Source of the DNA: Patescibacteria group bacterium
GTDB lineage: Bacteria > Patescibacteriota > Microgenomatia > JAMCYU01
Length of the DNA stretch: 64,000 nucleotides
NCBI GenBank assembly: GCA_023473585.1
Contig: JAMCYU010000009.1
Span: forward strand, 19,487 to 83,486
Direction: 5' to 3'
A program made the position numbers and the translations under genes. Below, piece by piece: positions 37,623 through 46,959 of the stretch (its first letter is position 1; each line of letters starts with the position of its first letter). The notes under the pieces are model-generated. The model saw nothing but the letters and a program-made list of their open reading frames with translations, did no database searches and was not told where the DNA came from.

Positions 37623-39113
37623 TCACTCGGGCTTATTTAAAACCACGGGTTTAAGACGCGTCATCGCTTCGAGCGCATATTTAACTCCCTGGACGCCCAC
37701 ACCCGAACCTTTAATGCCTAAAAACGGAAAGTGGTCCGGCCCTCGTTGCGGCTTACCGTTGATTTGAACCGTACCGACGTTAATTTTTCCCGCTAACCGA
37801 ATCGCCGTTCCTTCGTCTTGAGTAAAAAGACAAGCCTGCAGCCCATATAAGCTTTCGTTAATAATCCTGACGGCTTCGCTTAAATTTTGAACCCTGATTA
37901 AAGACAAGACCGGCCCGAAAGTTTCGACTTTAACAATTTCCCAGTAGGGTTTAACGTGATCTAAGATCGTCGGCTCAATGTATAAGCCTTTTCTCTTGCC
38001 CCCCAAAACAATTTCCGCGCCCGCCACCTTAGCCTTAATAAGCCTGTCCTCAACTTGAGTTGCTGTCTGAAGGCTGATAAGGGGTCCGACCATTTTGGTT
38101 TCTTTTTGGCGGGGATCCCCCATGCAAACTAGCTCTTCAATCACCTTGCCAAGTTTTTCTTTTAATTTTTCCATGACCGGATCAAGAGCTAAAACATATT
38201 TAATGGCCGTACATCTTTGACCGGAAAAAGCATAAGCGCCTTTAATGATTTCTTTCGCCGTCAGATCTAGGTCGGCATTGTCCAAAACGATGGCCGGATT
38301 ATTACCGCCGCATTCAAAAAGGAGCGGAATCATCCCCGCTTTGCGGGCAATTTTATCCCCTATCAAACTCGAGCCGGTAAAAGAAATCATCGAAACCTTA
38401 GGATGAGTCACTAAATAATCACCGATAACCGACCCCTCGCCGGTCACCGTATTCAAGATGCCGGGCGGCAAACCGGCTTTTTTAAAAATTTCGACTAAAT
38501 GAAGAGCCGAGAGTCCCCCCTGGGTGGGCGGTTTTAAAACGACCGCGTTGCCGGCAATTAAGGCCGGCGCGATCTTGGAGGCTGATAAATTAATCGGATA
38601 ATTAAAAGGGGCAATCGCCAAGACAACACCCACCGGAACTCGAGAAACAATGGCTTGTTTCCCTTTTTCATAGCCGGGGAAAGCGTCGGACTCCAGAATT
38701 TCCCCTTGTAAAGCCCGGCCTCCTTCAGCAAAATAATCAATGAGGTCGGCGGTTCTTAAGACCTCGTCCTCCGCTTCTATTAAATTTTTACCGATTTCCA
38801 AAACCAAAAAATCAGTCAGGTCGTCTTTTTGTTCTCTTAGCCAATCGGCAGCCAAATGAAGGACTTTTGCCCTCTTATCGAGAGGAACTTTTTGCCAGGC
38901 AAGTTGAGCCCAGTAAGCGGCTTCCACCGCTTCGTCAATTTCTTCTTTGGTCAGGCTTTGCACTTTGCCTATAACTTGATTTGTGACCGGAGAAATAATT
39001 TCAACGGTCTTCCCACTTTTTGAAGTCAACCATTCACCATCACAAAAGTATTTGTAGGTCGGGATTCCGCCAGCCGGCGGTTTGTCTTTAATTTCCTGAA
39101 AAAAATCGGGCAT
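37623..39113 (-). CDS. gapN: Non-phosphorylating NADP-dependent glyceraldehyde-3-phosphate dehydrogenase
   Basis: IAPFNYPINLSASKIAPALI, FSGQRCTAIK, ETFGP and QRGPDHFPFLG. Confidence 0.85.
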   Translation of the reverse strand: MPDFFQEIKDKPPAGGIPTYKYFCDGEWLTSKSGKTVEIISPVTNQVIGKVQSLTKEEIDEAVEAAYWAQLAWQKVPLDKRAKVLHLAADWLREQKDDLTDFLVLEIGKNLIEAEDEVLRTADLIDYFAEGGRALQGEILESDAFPGYEKGKQAIVSRVPVGVVLAIAPFNYPINLSASKIAPALIAGNAVVLKPPTQGGLSALHLVEIFKKAGLPPGILNTVTGEGSVIGDYLVTHPKVSMISFTGSSLIGDKIARKAGMIPLLFECGGNNPAIVLDNADLDLTAKEIIKGAYAFSGQRCTAIKYVLALDPVMEKLKEKLGKVIEELVCMGDPRQKETKMVGPLISLQTATQVEDRLIKAKVAGAEIVLGGKRKGLYIEPTILDHVKPYWEIVKVETFGPVLSLIRVQNLSEAVRIINESLYGLQACLFTQDEGTAIRLAGKINVGTVQINGKPQRGPDHFPFLGIKGSGVGVQGVKYALEAMTRLKPVVLNKPE

Positions 39114-39173
39114 TAGTCAAATCATAGCATAAACTTTAAAAGGTGTCATTAAATGATGATATAATATCGCCAA

Positions 39174-41417
39174 ATGAAGAAAAAAAAGGTTTCTGCTCAT
39201 TTCCTCCTTGTGGCCTGGGAAAAGTTGCCCCCCCAAAAAAAAGACCGCTATGGTTTAACCGTTATTTTTTCTTTAATTATCATTTTTGCCTATTTTTTTA
39301 TTTTGCGTGATCTGCCTTTACCGACCAAACTGACGACTCGCGAAATACCTCAGACCACTAAGATTTTAGACCGTCACGGCACGCTTCTTTATAATATTTA
39401 TACCGATCAAAATCGAACGATGGTGAAGTTTGAGGAAATTCCCCTAAAGCTTCGTCAAGCCACCATTGCCATTGAAGACAGAGAATTTTATCGTCACGGC
39501 GGTTTTGCTTTTAGCGGCATCATCAGGGCCTTAAGAGAAATTGTTCTCCATCGCCAACTCCAGGGCGGCTCAACGATTACCCAGCAGCTGGTTAAAAGCG
39601 CTCTTTTAACGCCGGAACGAACCGTCCAAAGAAAAATAAAAGAAGCGCTTCTTTCTTATTTTGTGGACAAAATTTACAGCAAAGACCAAATCCTCGAGAT
39701 GTATTTAAATCAGGTTTCCTACGGCGGCACCGCCTGGGGCATTGAAGCGGCCAGTCATACCTATTTCGGCAAAAGCGTTAAAGATTTAAGCTTAGCCGAA
39801 ACCGCTCTTTTGGCGGGATTGCCGGCCGCCCCGACTTATTATTCTCCTTATGGCACTCATCCTGAATTAGCCAAAGCCAGACAGCACGAGGTCTTGCGCC
39901 GTATGGTCGAAGATGGATATATTTCGTCTGCAGAGGCTGAAACGGCCAAAAAACAAAAATTAAATTATTTACCCTTAAAAACAGATATCAAGGCCCCTCA
40001 TTTTGTCATGTATGTCAAGGAACAACTGATTCAAAAATACGGGGCCAAGCTCGTGGAACAAGGAGGTTTAAAGGTCACAACGACTTTAGATCTAGCTTTG
40101 CAGGAATTTGCCCAAAAGACCGTCGCCAGCGAAGTGGCCAGCTTAAAGGATCTTCGGGTTAAAAACGGCGCCGCCTTAATCACCCGACCCCCGACCGGAG
40201 AAATCTTGGCCATGGTCGGTTCCAAAGATTATTTTGCCGAGGATGAAGACGGCAACGTGAATGTGACGATTTCTTTACGCCAACCCGGCTCGGCCATTAA
40301 ACCCCTTAACTACGCGGTGGGTTTGGCTTCAGGCCAGATTACCCTGGCCAGTCTTTTTTTAGATATTCCGACTTGTTTTGCTATTGCCAATCAGCCTCTT
40401 TATTGTCCGGTCAATTACGACGGCAAGTTTCATGGTCCGGTGCAAACCAGGTTCGCCCTGGGTAACTCCTACAATATCCCGGCGGTTAAGATGTTAGCCT
40501 TAAATAAGGTGGAAACGCTGATTGCCACCGCTTCGGCCATGGGTATTTCCACCTTTAAAGACCCCTCAAGGTACGGCCTTTCCTTAACTTTGGGCGGCGG
40601 CGAGGTGACAATGACGGACATGGCGACCGCCTTTGGCGTTTTTGCCAATACCGGCATCAGAAAAGATCTCGTCTCCCTTTTAAAAGTCGAGAACAATCAG
40701 GGCAAAACCTTAGAAGAATACAAAGATCCTAATTTGAAAATTGATTTAAAAAATTTAACCTTCCCCTCAACTTTGCAGATTGACGGGCCCAGGGTTTTAA
40801 AAAACGAGGTGACATTTTTAATCTCTCATCTTTTATTGGATCAAAACGCCAGAAGCGCCGCTTTTGGCGAAAGCTATTTAAATATTCCAGGGAGAGCCGT
40901 CTCGGTTAAGACCGGAACCACGGATGATAAAAAGGATAACTGGACCATCGGCTTTACGCCCAATTTTCTCGTTGCCACCTGGGTCGGCAATAACGACAGC
41001 ACGGCGATGAATCCCTGGTTGACTTCGGGCGTGACCGGGGCGGCGCCGATTTGGTACAAAATCATGCGTGTTGTGTTAAAAGACCAACCCGATCTTTGGC
41101 CGCAAAAACCAGACGGAATTGTCGGCGCCAATATTTGTCAGCTTTCCGGCAAATTGCCAGGCGACTCCAATTGTCCGACCAGATTTGAATATTTTCTTGA
41201 AGGCACCGTCCCTAAAGAAGTTGAAAACCTCAAAAGACAGATTTTGATAGAAAAAGATACACAAAGACAAGCAATTTTTATTCAGGATCCGCAAGCGCCA
41301 CCCATTCCTCTAGAGAAATTAGAAATGAAAGAAAAACAGGTTGTCTCCGATCCTTTTACCCCGGAATATTGTCTTGATTGCCCCCACGACGGCGACCGGC
41401 CGGTGATTGTCAAATAA
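39174..41417 (+). CDS. Class A penicillin-binding protein (PBP1A family)
   Basis: AIEDREF, GGSTITQQL, QPGSAIK, SYN and KTGT. Confidence 0.95.
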   Translation: MKKKKVSAHFLLVAWEKLPPQKKDRYGLTVIFSLIIIFAYFFILRDLPLPTKLTTREIPQTTKILDRHGTLLYNIYTDQNRTMVKFEEIPLKLRQATIAIEDREFYRHGGFAFSGIIRALREIVLHRQLQGGSTITQQLVKSALLTPERTVQRKIKEALLSYFVDKIYSKDQILEMYLNQVSYGGTAWGIEAASHTYFGKSVKDLSLAETALLAGLPAAPTYYSPYGTHPELAKARQHEVLRRMVEDGYISSAEAETAKKQKLNYLPLKTDIKAPHFVMYVKEQLIQKYGAKLVEQGGLKVTTTLDLALQEFAQKTVASEVASLKDLRVKNGAALITRPPTGEILAMVGSKDYFAEDEDGNVNVTISLRQPGSAIKPLNYAVGLASGQITLASLFLDIPTCFAIANQPLYCPVNYDGKFHGPVQTRFALGNSYNIPAVKMLALNKVETLIATASAMGISTFKDPSRYGLSLTLGGGEVTMTDMATAFGVFANTGIRKDLVSLLKVENNQGKTLEEYKDPNLKIDLKNLTFPSTLQIDGPRVLKNEVTFLISHLLLDQNARSAAFGESYLNIPGRAVSVKTGTTDDKKDNWTIGFTPNFLVATWVGNNDSTAMNPWLTSGVTGAAPIWYKIMRVVLKDQPDLWPQKPDGIVGANICQLSGKLPGDSNCPTRFEYFLEGTVPKEVENLKRQILIEKDTQRQAIFIQDPQAPPIPLEKLEMKEKQVVSDPFTPEYCLDCPHDGDRPVIVK

Positions 41418-41489
41418 AATCGTCTTTAGGTTTTACTGAAGCCCTAAATAATTGATTTAGCCCCTGATTTGTGGTATCATTCTTCTCTT

Positions 41490-42272
41490 ATGTCTCCCGA
41501 CAATAGAAGAATTTACGAAAGCGAAGCCCGGGCTTTTGCCGATATTGTCCCTACTCTTTTAGAGGGAAAACTGCCTCCCGAGGATCAATTTAACATCAGT
41601 CTTAAAAGACTTCTTAAAGATCGCCAGGGAAACCAGCACACTGAAACACAAATTCAGGCTTTAAATTTATTACATCATTGGGTTGATACTTTGGCTCACT
41701 TTGGGGTCCCCTCTTTAAATCTTGAGGCGTTTACCGCGGAAATTCATTTGCCACCGGTTGAATCCGAACACTTGATCAAATTGGGCATTATTGTCAATAA
41801 GGAAATTATGACCCAAATCATGACCCGACGACGAAGAAAAGGTCTCCCTCCGGAAAACAGGGTTGTCGTCCGGGCTTTACAAGAAACGACCGTTGGCGGT
41901 TTAAAACCAAAAACAACCGTTTATTCTTTGCAGGAACTATATACGGTCACCATGCCGATTTTTAATAGCGGCGTGGAAGAACTGGATGTTATTAGAGAAT
42001 ATCTGCTCGGTCAGGATCAGGACGACAAGCCGACTCTTCTTTTTATGAACGAAAGACAAGTCCCCCATATTCATTTTCATCATGGTAACACAACTTATCG
42101 CTTAGACGCCGAAACTAATCCGTCTTATCTTCCTCATGAGGAGGCTAGAAAAAATTACCCAGAAGCAAAAACCGTACCCGCGCCAACTCCGGCCACCAAT
42201 GAAGAATTAGCCACTTTAATGGCCTTAGTTTACCACAGTGTCAAACAAGTTTTTGAAAGAAAAGAGAATTAA
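41490..42272 (+). CDS. Hypothetical protein
   Basis: ORF with its own promoter between the PBP paralogs; no family recognised. Confidence 0.6.
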   Translation: MSPDNRRIYESEARAFADIVPTLLEGKLPPEDQFNISLKRLLKDRQGNQHTETQIQALNLLHHWVDTLAHFGVPSLNLEAFTAEIHLPPVESEHLIKLGIIVNKEIMTQIMTRRRRKGLPPENRVVVRALQETTVGGLKPKTTVYSLQELYTVTMPIFNSGVEELDVIREYLLGQDQDDKPTLLFMNERQVPHIHFHHGNTTYRLDAETNPSYLPHEEARKNYPEAKTVPAPTPATNEELATLMALVYHSVKQVFERKEN

Positions 42273-42316
42273 CCCAGCTTAACAAATCCCATAAGATATG
42301 CTAATATGCCACAGCT

Positions 42317-44581
42317 ATGGCAAGAAAAGGCAGGCCGGTAAAGAAAAAATCTCTCATGACCTTTTGGGATGTTTTGGTTTTGCCTTTTGTTTTGCTCTTC
42401 TTTTTTCTGATCAAAATCGGTGATACGGTCAGATGGTTTTTCAAGGTTTTATGGCAATTAATAAAAATCTTCCTAAGTTTAAGATTAAAACTCCCCCATC
42501 CTTATTTTCCCCGATATCGCTTACCAACTTTACCCAAATTAAGAATAAGTCTTCCGAAAATCAGTCTGCCTCAACCTCAAATTAAATTACCGTCCTTAAA
42601 GGGGAGACCGCAAGGGCAAGGGTTTATCCTGGGTGTTTTTTTCACTTTAATTTTTGTTTTGCTTCCTTACGAGACTTGGCTTATGTTAGAAAAACTCCCC
42701 CATCCTCAACTTTTAGCGGTCAGGGAAATTCCGGTCACCACTAAGATTTTTGACCGTAACGGCTTTTTACTTTATGAGATTTATGCCGAACAAAACCGTA
42801 CCCCGGTAACCTTAGCCGAGATTCCGCCCTTTTTAAAACAAGCGACCATTGCGATTGAAGATAAAGAATTTTATAACCATCTTGGTTTTTCTCCTCGGGG
42901 AATTTTAAGGGCGACCAGGGAAATTATTCTCCATCGCCGAATTCAGGGCGGCTCAACGATCACACAACAATTAATAAGAAGCGCCCTTTTAAATCAAGAG
43001 GTGACTTTGCCAAGAAAAATAAAAGAAATTATCCTTTCTTTCTGGGCAGAGAGAATTTACAGTAAGGATCAGATCCTGGAAATGTATTTTAATCAAGTTC
43101 CCTACGGCGGCACCGCCTGGGGCATTGAAGCGGCCAGTCATACCTATTTCGGCAAGTCCGTTAAAGATTTAAACCTCGCTGAAGCTTCTTATCTGGCGGG
43201 ACTGCCGGCCTCACCCAGTGTCTATTCTCCTTTTGGCATTCACCCGGAACAAGGCTTAACCCGTCAAAAAGAAGTCCTGCAAAGAATGATGGAAGACAGT
43301 TATCTTGATGAAACGGCAAAACTTAAGGCCGAAGAAACCAAACTTCAGTTTGCCACCCCCAAAACCGAGATTAAAGCGCCTCATTTTGTCATGTATATCA
43401 AGGATCTTTTGGAAAGAAAATACGGGTCAAGACTCGTCCAAATGGGCGGCTTAAGAGTCACAACCACTCTCGATTTACCAACTCAAGAAATAGCGCAAAG
43501 CCTGGTAACCAATGAGGTTGAAAGATTAAAATCCTTAAATGTCGGCAACGGCGCCGTCCTAATCACAAATCCGAAAACGGGTGAGATTTTAGCGATGGTT
43601 GGCTCTAAAGATTATTTTGGCGCTTCATCTTCTTTGTCTTTTAAACAATTTGAAGGAGCTTTTAATGTTACCTTAGCTTTACGCCAGCCCGGTTCTTCCA
43701 TTAAAGTCGTTAATTACGCTCTGGCTCTAACCAACGGTTTGACCGCGGCCACGGTTTTAGATGATACACCGGCAACTTTCCAGGTTCCGGGTCAACCGCC
43801 CTATACGCCTAAAAATTACGACGGAAAGTTCCACGGTCAAGTGACTTTAAGAGAGGCTTTGGCCAATTCCTATAATGTTCCGGCGGTGAAGATTTTAGCG
43901 CAAATGGGGGTTAAAAAAATGATTGAACAGGGCAAAAAAATGGGTATTGCTTCCTGGCCGGATGAAAACCGCTACGGTCTTTCCTTAACCTTGGGCGGCG
44001 GCGAGGTGACGATGCTGGATATGGCCAGGGTTTACGGCACTTTAGCCAATCAGGGGGAAAAAGAAGAACTGGTAAGTCTTCTTAAAATCACCGACTATAA
44101 AGGACAAGTTTTGGAAGAACATCGTTCTTCGCAGGGAGAAACCGTTTTGCCGGCCGGCGTTGCTTTTATTCTTTCTAATATTTTGGCTGATAACCATGCC
44201 AGAAGCGCGGCTTTCGGTTTAAATTCCCTTTTAGTCGTCCCCGGTAAAACCGTGGCGGTTAAAACCGGCACCAGTAATGATCTTCGGGATAACTGGGCCA
44301 TCGGTTTTACGCCTTCTTACGTGGTTGTCACCTGGGTTGGGAATAATGATAACAGCCCGATGAATTGGGTCGCCTCGGGCGTGACCGGCGCCACCCCCAT
44401 TTGGCAGCAACTCATGATCAATTTATTAAAAGATAAGCCAGATGAGCTGATTTTGCCTGGTGAGGATATTCTCAGGGCCGACGTTTGCGGTAAATCGGAA
44501 TATTTCTTAAAAGGAACGTTTAAAAATCTTTCCTGTCCGTCCCGCTTAACCGTTGAACCCTCGCCCTCCCCTCTACCCTAA
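42317..44581 (+). CDS. Class A penicillin-binding protein (PBP1A family), second paralog
   Basis: AIEDKEF, GGSTITQQL, QPGSSIK, SYN and KTGT; extended Pro/Lys-rich N-terminus. Confidence 0.95.
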   Translation: MARKGRPVKKKSLMTFWDVLVLPFVLLFFFLIKIGDTVRWFFKVLWQLIKIFLSLRLKLPHPYFPRYRLPTLPKLRISLPKISLPQPQIKLPSLKGRPQGQGFILGVFFTLIFVLLPYETWLMLEKLPHPQLLAVREIPVTTKIFDRNGFLLYEIYAEQNRTPVTLAEIPPFLKQATIAIEDKEFYNHLGFSPRGILRATREIILHRRIQGGSTITQQLIRSALLNQEVTLPRKIKEIILSFWAERIYSKDQILEMYFNQVPYGGTAWGIEAASHTYFGKSVKDLNLAEASYLAGLPASPSVYSPFGIHPEQGLTRQKEVLQRMMEDSYLDETAKLKAEETKLQFATPKTEIKAPHFVMYIKDLLERKYGSRLVQMGGLRVTTTLDLPTQEIAQSLVTNEVERLKSLNVGNGAVLITNPKTGEILAMVGSKDYFGASSSLSFKQFEGAFNVTLALRQPGSSIKVVNYALALTNGLTAATVLDDTPATFQVPGQPPYTPKNYDGKFHGQVTLREALANSYNVPAVKILAQMGVKKMIEQGKKMGIASWPDENRYGLSLTLGGGEVTMLDMARVYGTLANQGEKEELVSLLKITDYKGQVLEEHRSSQGETVLPAGVAFILSNILADNHARSAAFGLNSLLVVPGKTVAVKTGTSNDLRDNWAIGFTPSYVVVTWVGNNDNSPMNWVASGVTGATPIWQQLMINLLKDKPDELILPGEDILRADVCGKSEYFLKGTFKNLSCPSRLTVEPSPSPLP

Positions 44582-44582
44582 A

Positions 44583-45071
44583 TTAGGTATGCCGGTCCGC
44601 AACCTTTGAAGCGCCGTAAGAAGAGGGTTTAATTTGCACTTTATAACCTAAGTTTCTGACCATGCCGACGACCTCATTGATCATCTCTTTGGTCTCGCCG
44701 TACTCGCCGATGTCAACGTGGATCTCAACGTCATAGCGGCTGATCCCGTCATGCTTGGTTTGTTCTAAAAACTTATCGGCCAAAGCCAAAGACAGGGTCG
44801 CCTCCTGATAAATCCTCTGGCGCAAGACGTAGGTTTTTTTCTCAATTTTCCGCTGCCAAAAATATATCCCGCCGCAACCGAGACGGTGGATGACGATCGC
44901 GGAGACAAAATCGGTTTCGGTTCCGTTTTTCGCTTGGGAATCACTGCCGATAACCACACGGTATTTTTCTTCCGGCCGTTCCTCCATAAACTTCAAGACC
45001 TTCTCCTTGACTTCAGCTAAACTTAAGGTACCGAAGGTAAAACTATTAAACTGATCCAAATCATTATCCAT
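44583..45071 (-). CDS. Ribonuclease H-like YkuK (DUF458) protein
   Basis: VIGSDSQ, EIHVDIG and KPSSYGASKVAD. Confidence 0.85.
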   Translation of the reverse strand: MDNDLDQFNSFTFGTLSLAEVKEKVLKFMEERPEEKYRVVIGSDSQAKNGTETDFVSAIVIHRLGCGGIYFWQRKIEKKTYVLRQRIYQEATLSLALADKFLEQTKHDGISRYDVEIHVDIGEYGETKEMINEVVGMVRNLGYKVQIKPSSYGASKVADRHT

Positions 45072-45119
45072 AAGAATAGCTGGAATTCTACCACTTTTGA
45101 GGCTTAAACTCCAGGCAGC

Positions 45120-45836
45120 TTAGGAAGCTAAATAAAACTCTCTTTGCTTTTGGGAAAACTTCTCAATGGCGTAGCGAAGCATGGTTCTGGGCATAGTCTG
45201 ATAATGTTTCTTTAAAAAAACCTCTTCTGCCTTTTGATCTTTCTTACCGATCTCCCTTAGCATCCAACCAACGGCTTTATGAATTAAATCATGTTTGTCG
45301 GTAAGTAAAATTTCCGCAATTTTTAAGGTGTCAACGAAATCGTTTTCCCTGATAAAAGCAAAAGTTGAGATAATCGCAATCCTTCTCTCCCACAAATTCT
45401 CACTCCTCGCCAACCTATATAATATCTCTCTACCAATTCCACAATTCCCATTATCCATTATCCAAATGTATTCTCCGATTATTTTTGGTGCCGAAATATC
45501 CACCAGGTTCCAATTGTTAATTTTTTTGGTGTTTTTTAAGTAGAATTTAAAAACCTCTTCCCTCTTTACCCTTTCTCCTTTCTTATACTGCCTAATCAAA
45601 ATCATAACAGCAAGTGTCCGTTCTTCGTGATATTGCCCGTTTAGAAGCTTCTGAAGGTCTGAAAAAGATAAATCTTTATACTTACCTGCTAAGTCCTGAA
45701 TCGGTCCGGTCATGATCCCTAAAAACTTGTCGCCTTCGCCGTATTCGCCTTTGCCGGTTTTAAAAAATCTCGCCAAAATCCTGGCTTTTTCGGGATTGGC
45801 TAATTTTTTGAGCTCTTTTTGAACTTGCAAAAACAT
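45120..45836 (-). CDS. DNA alkylation repair protein (AlkD-like)
   Basis: FFKTGKGEYGEGD, NNWNLVD and HDLIHKAVGWMLRE. Confidence 0.88.
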   Translation of the reverse strand: MFLQVQKELKKLANPEKARILARFFKTGKGEYGEGDKFLGIMTGPIQDLAGKYKDLSFSDLQKLLNGQYHEERTLAVMILIRQYKKGERVKREEVFKFYLKNTKKINNWNLVDISAPKIIGEYIWIMDNGNCGIGREILYRLARSENLWERRIAIISTFAFIRENDFVDTLKIAEILLTDKHDLIHKAVGWMLREIGKKDQKAEEVFLKKHYQTMPRTMLRYAIEKFSQKQREFYLAS

Positions 45837-45983
45837 AATTTAATTATATAGAAAATAGTGGTATTTGTGTTAATTCTCAACCAATCCTGATTCCCATTAT
45901 CTATTGTCTTTTGAAGTTCCGATTCTCTGAGGCTCTGAAACTCTGATTCACTGGCGTACTAAAAGTATTGCCCTCAATTATTT

Positions 45984-46451
45984 TCATTTCGAAGTTAAAA
46001 CATGAAGTTTGTTCGCTAACCCTAATCCCACTTGTAACTCGCCTAAACGATTGAGCATATTCCCATGAATACTTTCTGAATAAGGTTCTTGTCTGCGTCT
46101 TTCAGAATTATGTTGATCAAACCTAAAAATGTCACGAACCAAAACCCTATTCACATAAGATAATCTTGTTGGGATATCAAAATCTATTCCCGCTTGTGCC
46201 AGCATGGCAAATTCAAGGCCCATTTCTCCATATTTCCCTTCATCAACACTCTTTTCTAACCTCCCCATAATGGAATTTCTTTCCCTTTGCTGTTCATCAG
46301 AAGATAAAGATTGATATTTAGAAGTCCATCTTTCTAATTCTTCTTGATCGTAATAACCAGCATGATCTTTAACAAATTTTTCCGCCCTACTTTGAATATC
46401 GGCTCGTTCTTGTTCTTCTTTGGGAATTTGTCCTCTTGCTTCTTCGTCCAT
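45984..46451 (-). CDS. Hypothetical protein
   Basis: 155-aa charged helical ORF. Confidence 0.55.
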   Translation of the reverse strand: MDEEARGQIPKEEQERADIQSRAEKFVKDHAGYYDQEELERWTSKYQSLSSDEQQRERNSIMGRLEKSVDEGKYGEMGLEFAMLAQAGIDFDIPTRLSYVNRVLVRDIFRFDQHNSERRRQEPYSESIHGNMLNRLGELQVGLGLANKLHVLTSK

Positions 46452-46569
46452 ATGTTTTCAAAATTAAGTATATCTATATTTATTTTTAAGTCAAGTATCT
46501 TAAAATTTTTAGTTTCAAAAGGCGAGGCCTTACGAGGCTCAAATTTTGATAAGTGATAAACTATAAATA

Positions 46570-46869
46570 ATGAAATCTTTCAAAGAAAAAGTTTACGAGA
46601 TCACCAGAAATATTCCTAAAGGCAAGGTGGCAACCTATGGTCAAATTGCTTGGTTGGCTGGAAACAAAAAAGCCGCCAGAGCTGTTGGCGCGTTAATGAG
46701 AACTAATCCTAATGCGCCCCGTACTCCCTGCCACCGCGTGGTTTCTGCTGATGGATCACTAACAGGTTATTCCGGCAAAGGCGGAATCAAGAAGAAAAAG
46801 CAGATGCTTTTGGGTGAAGGGGTTATTTTTAAAAACGATAAAGTGGACAAAATTTGTTTTGTTTATTAA
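46570..46869 (+). CDS. MGMT family O6-alkylguanine-DNA alkyltransferase (C-terminal domain only)
   Basis: IPKGKVATYGQIA, ARAVG and PCHRVV with the active Cys. Confidence 0.9.
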   Translation: MKSFKEKVYEITRNIPKGKVATYGQIAWLAGNKKAARAVGALMRTNPNAPRTPCHRVVSADGSLTGYSGKGGIKKKKQMLLGEGVIFKNDKVDKICFVY

Positions 46870-46959
46870 TGTAAAATAAAAATAACCTTATCCCCGGCGC
46901 CGCCATGGTCTGGTCTTGCTTCAAACAACAATAAAAAAGAGATTTCGCGGATTAAAAGT

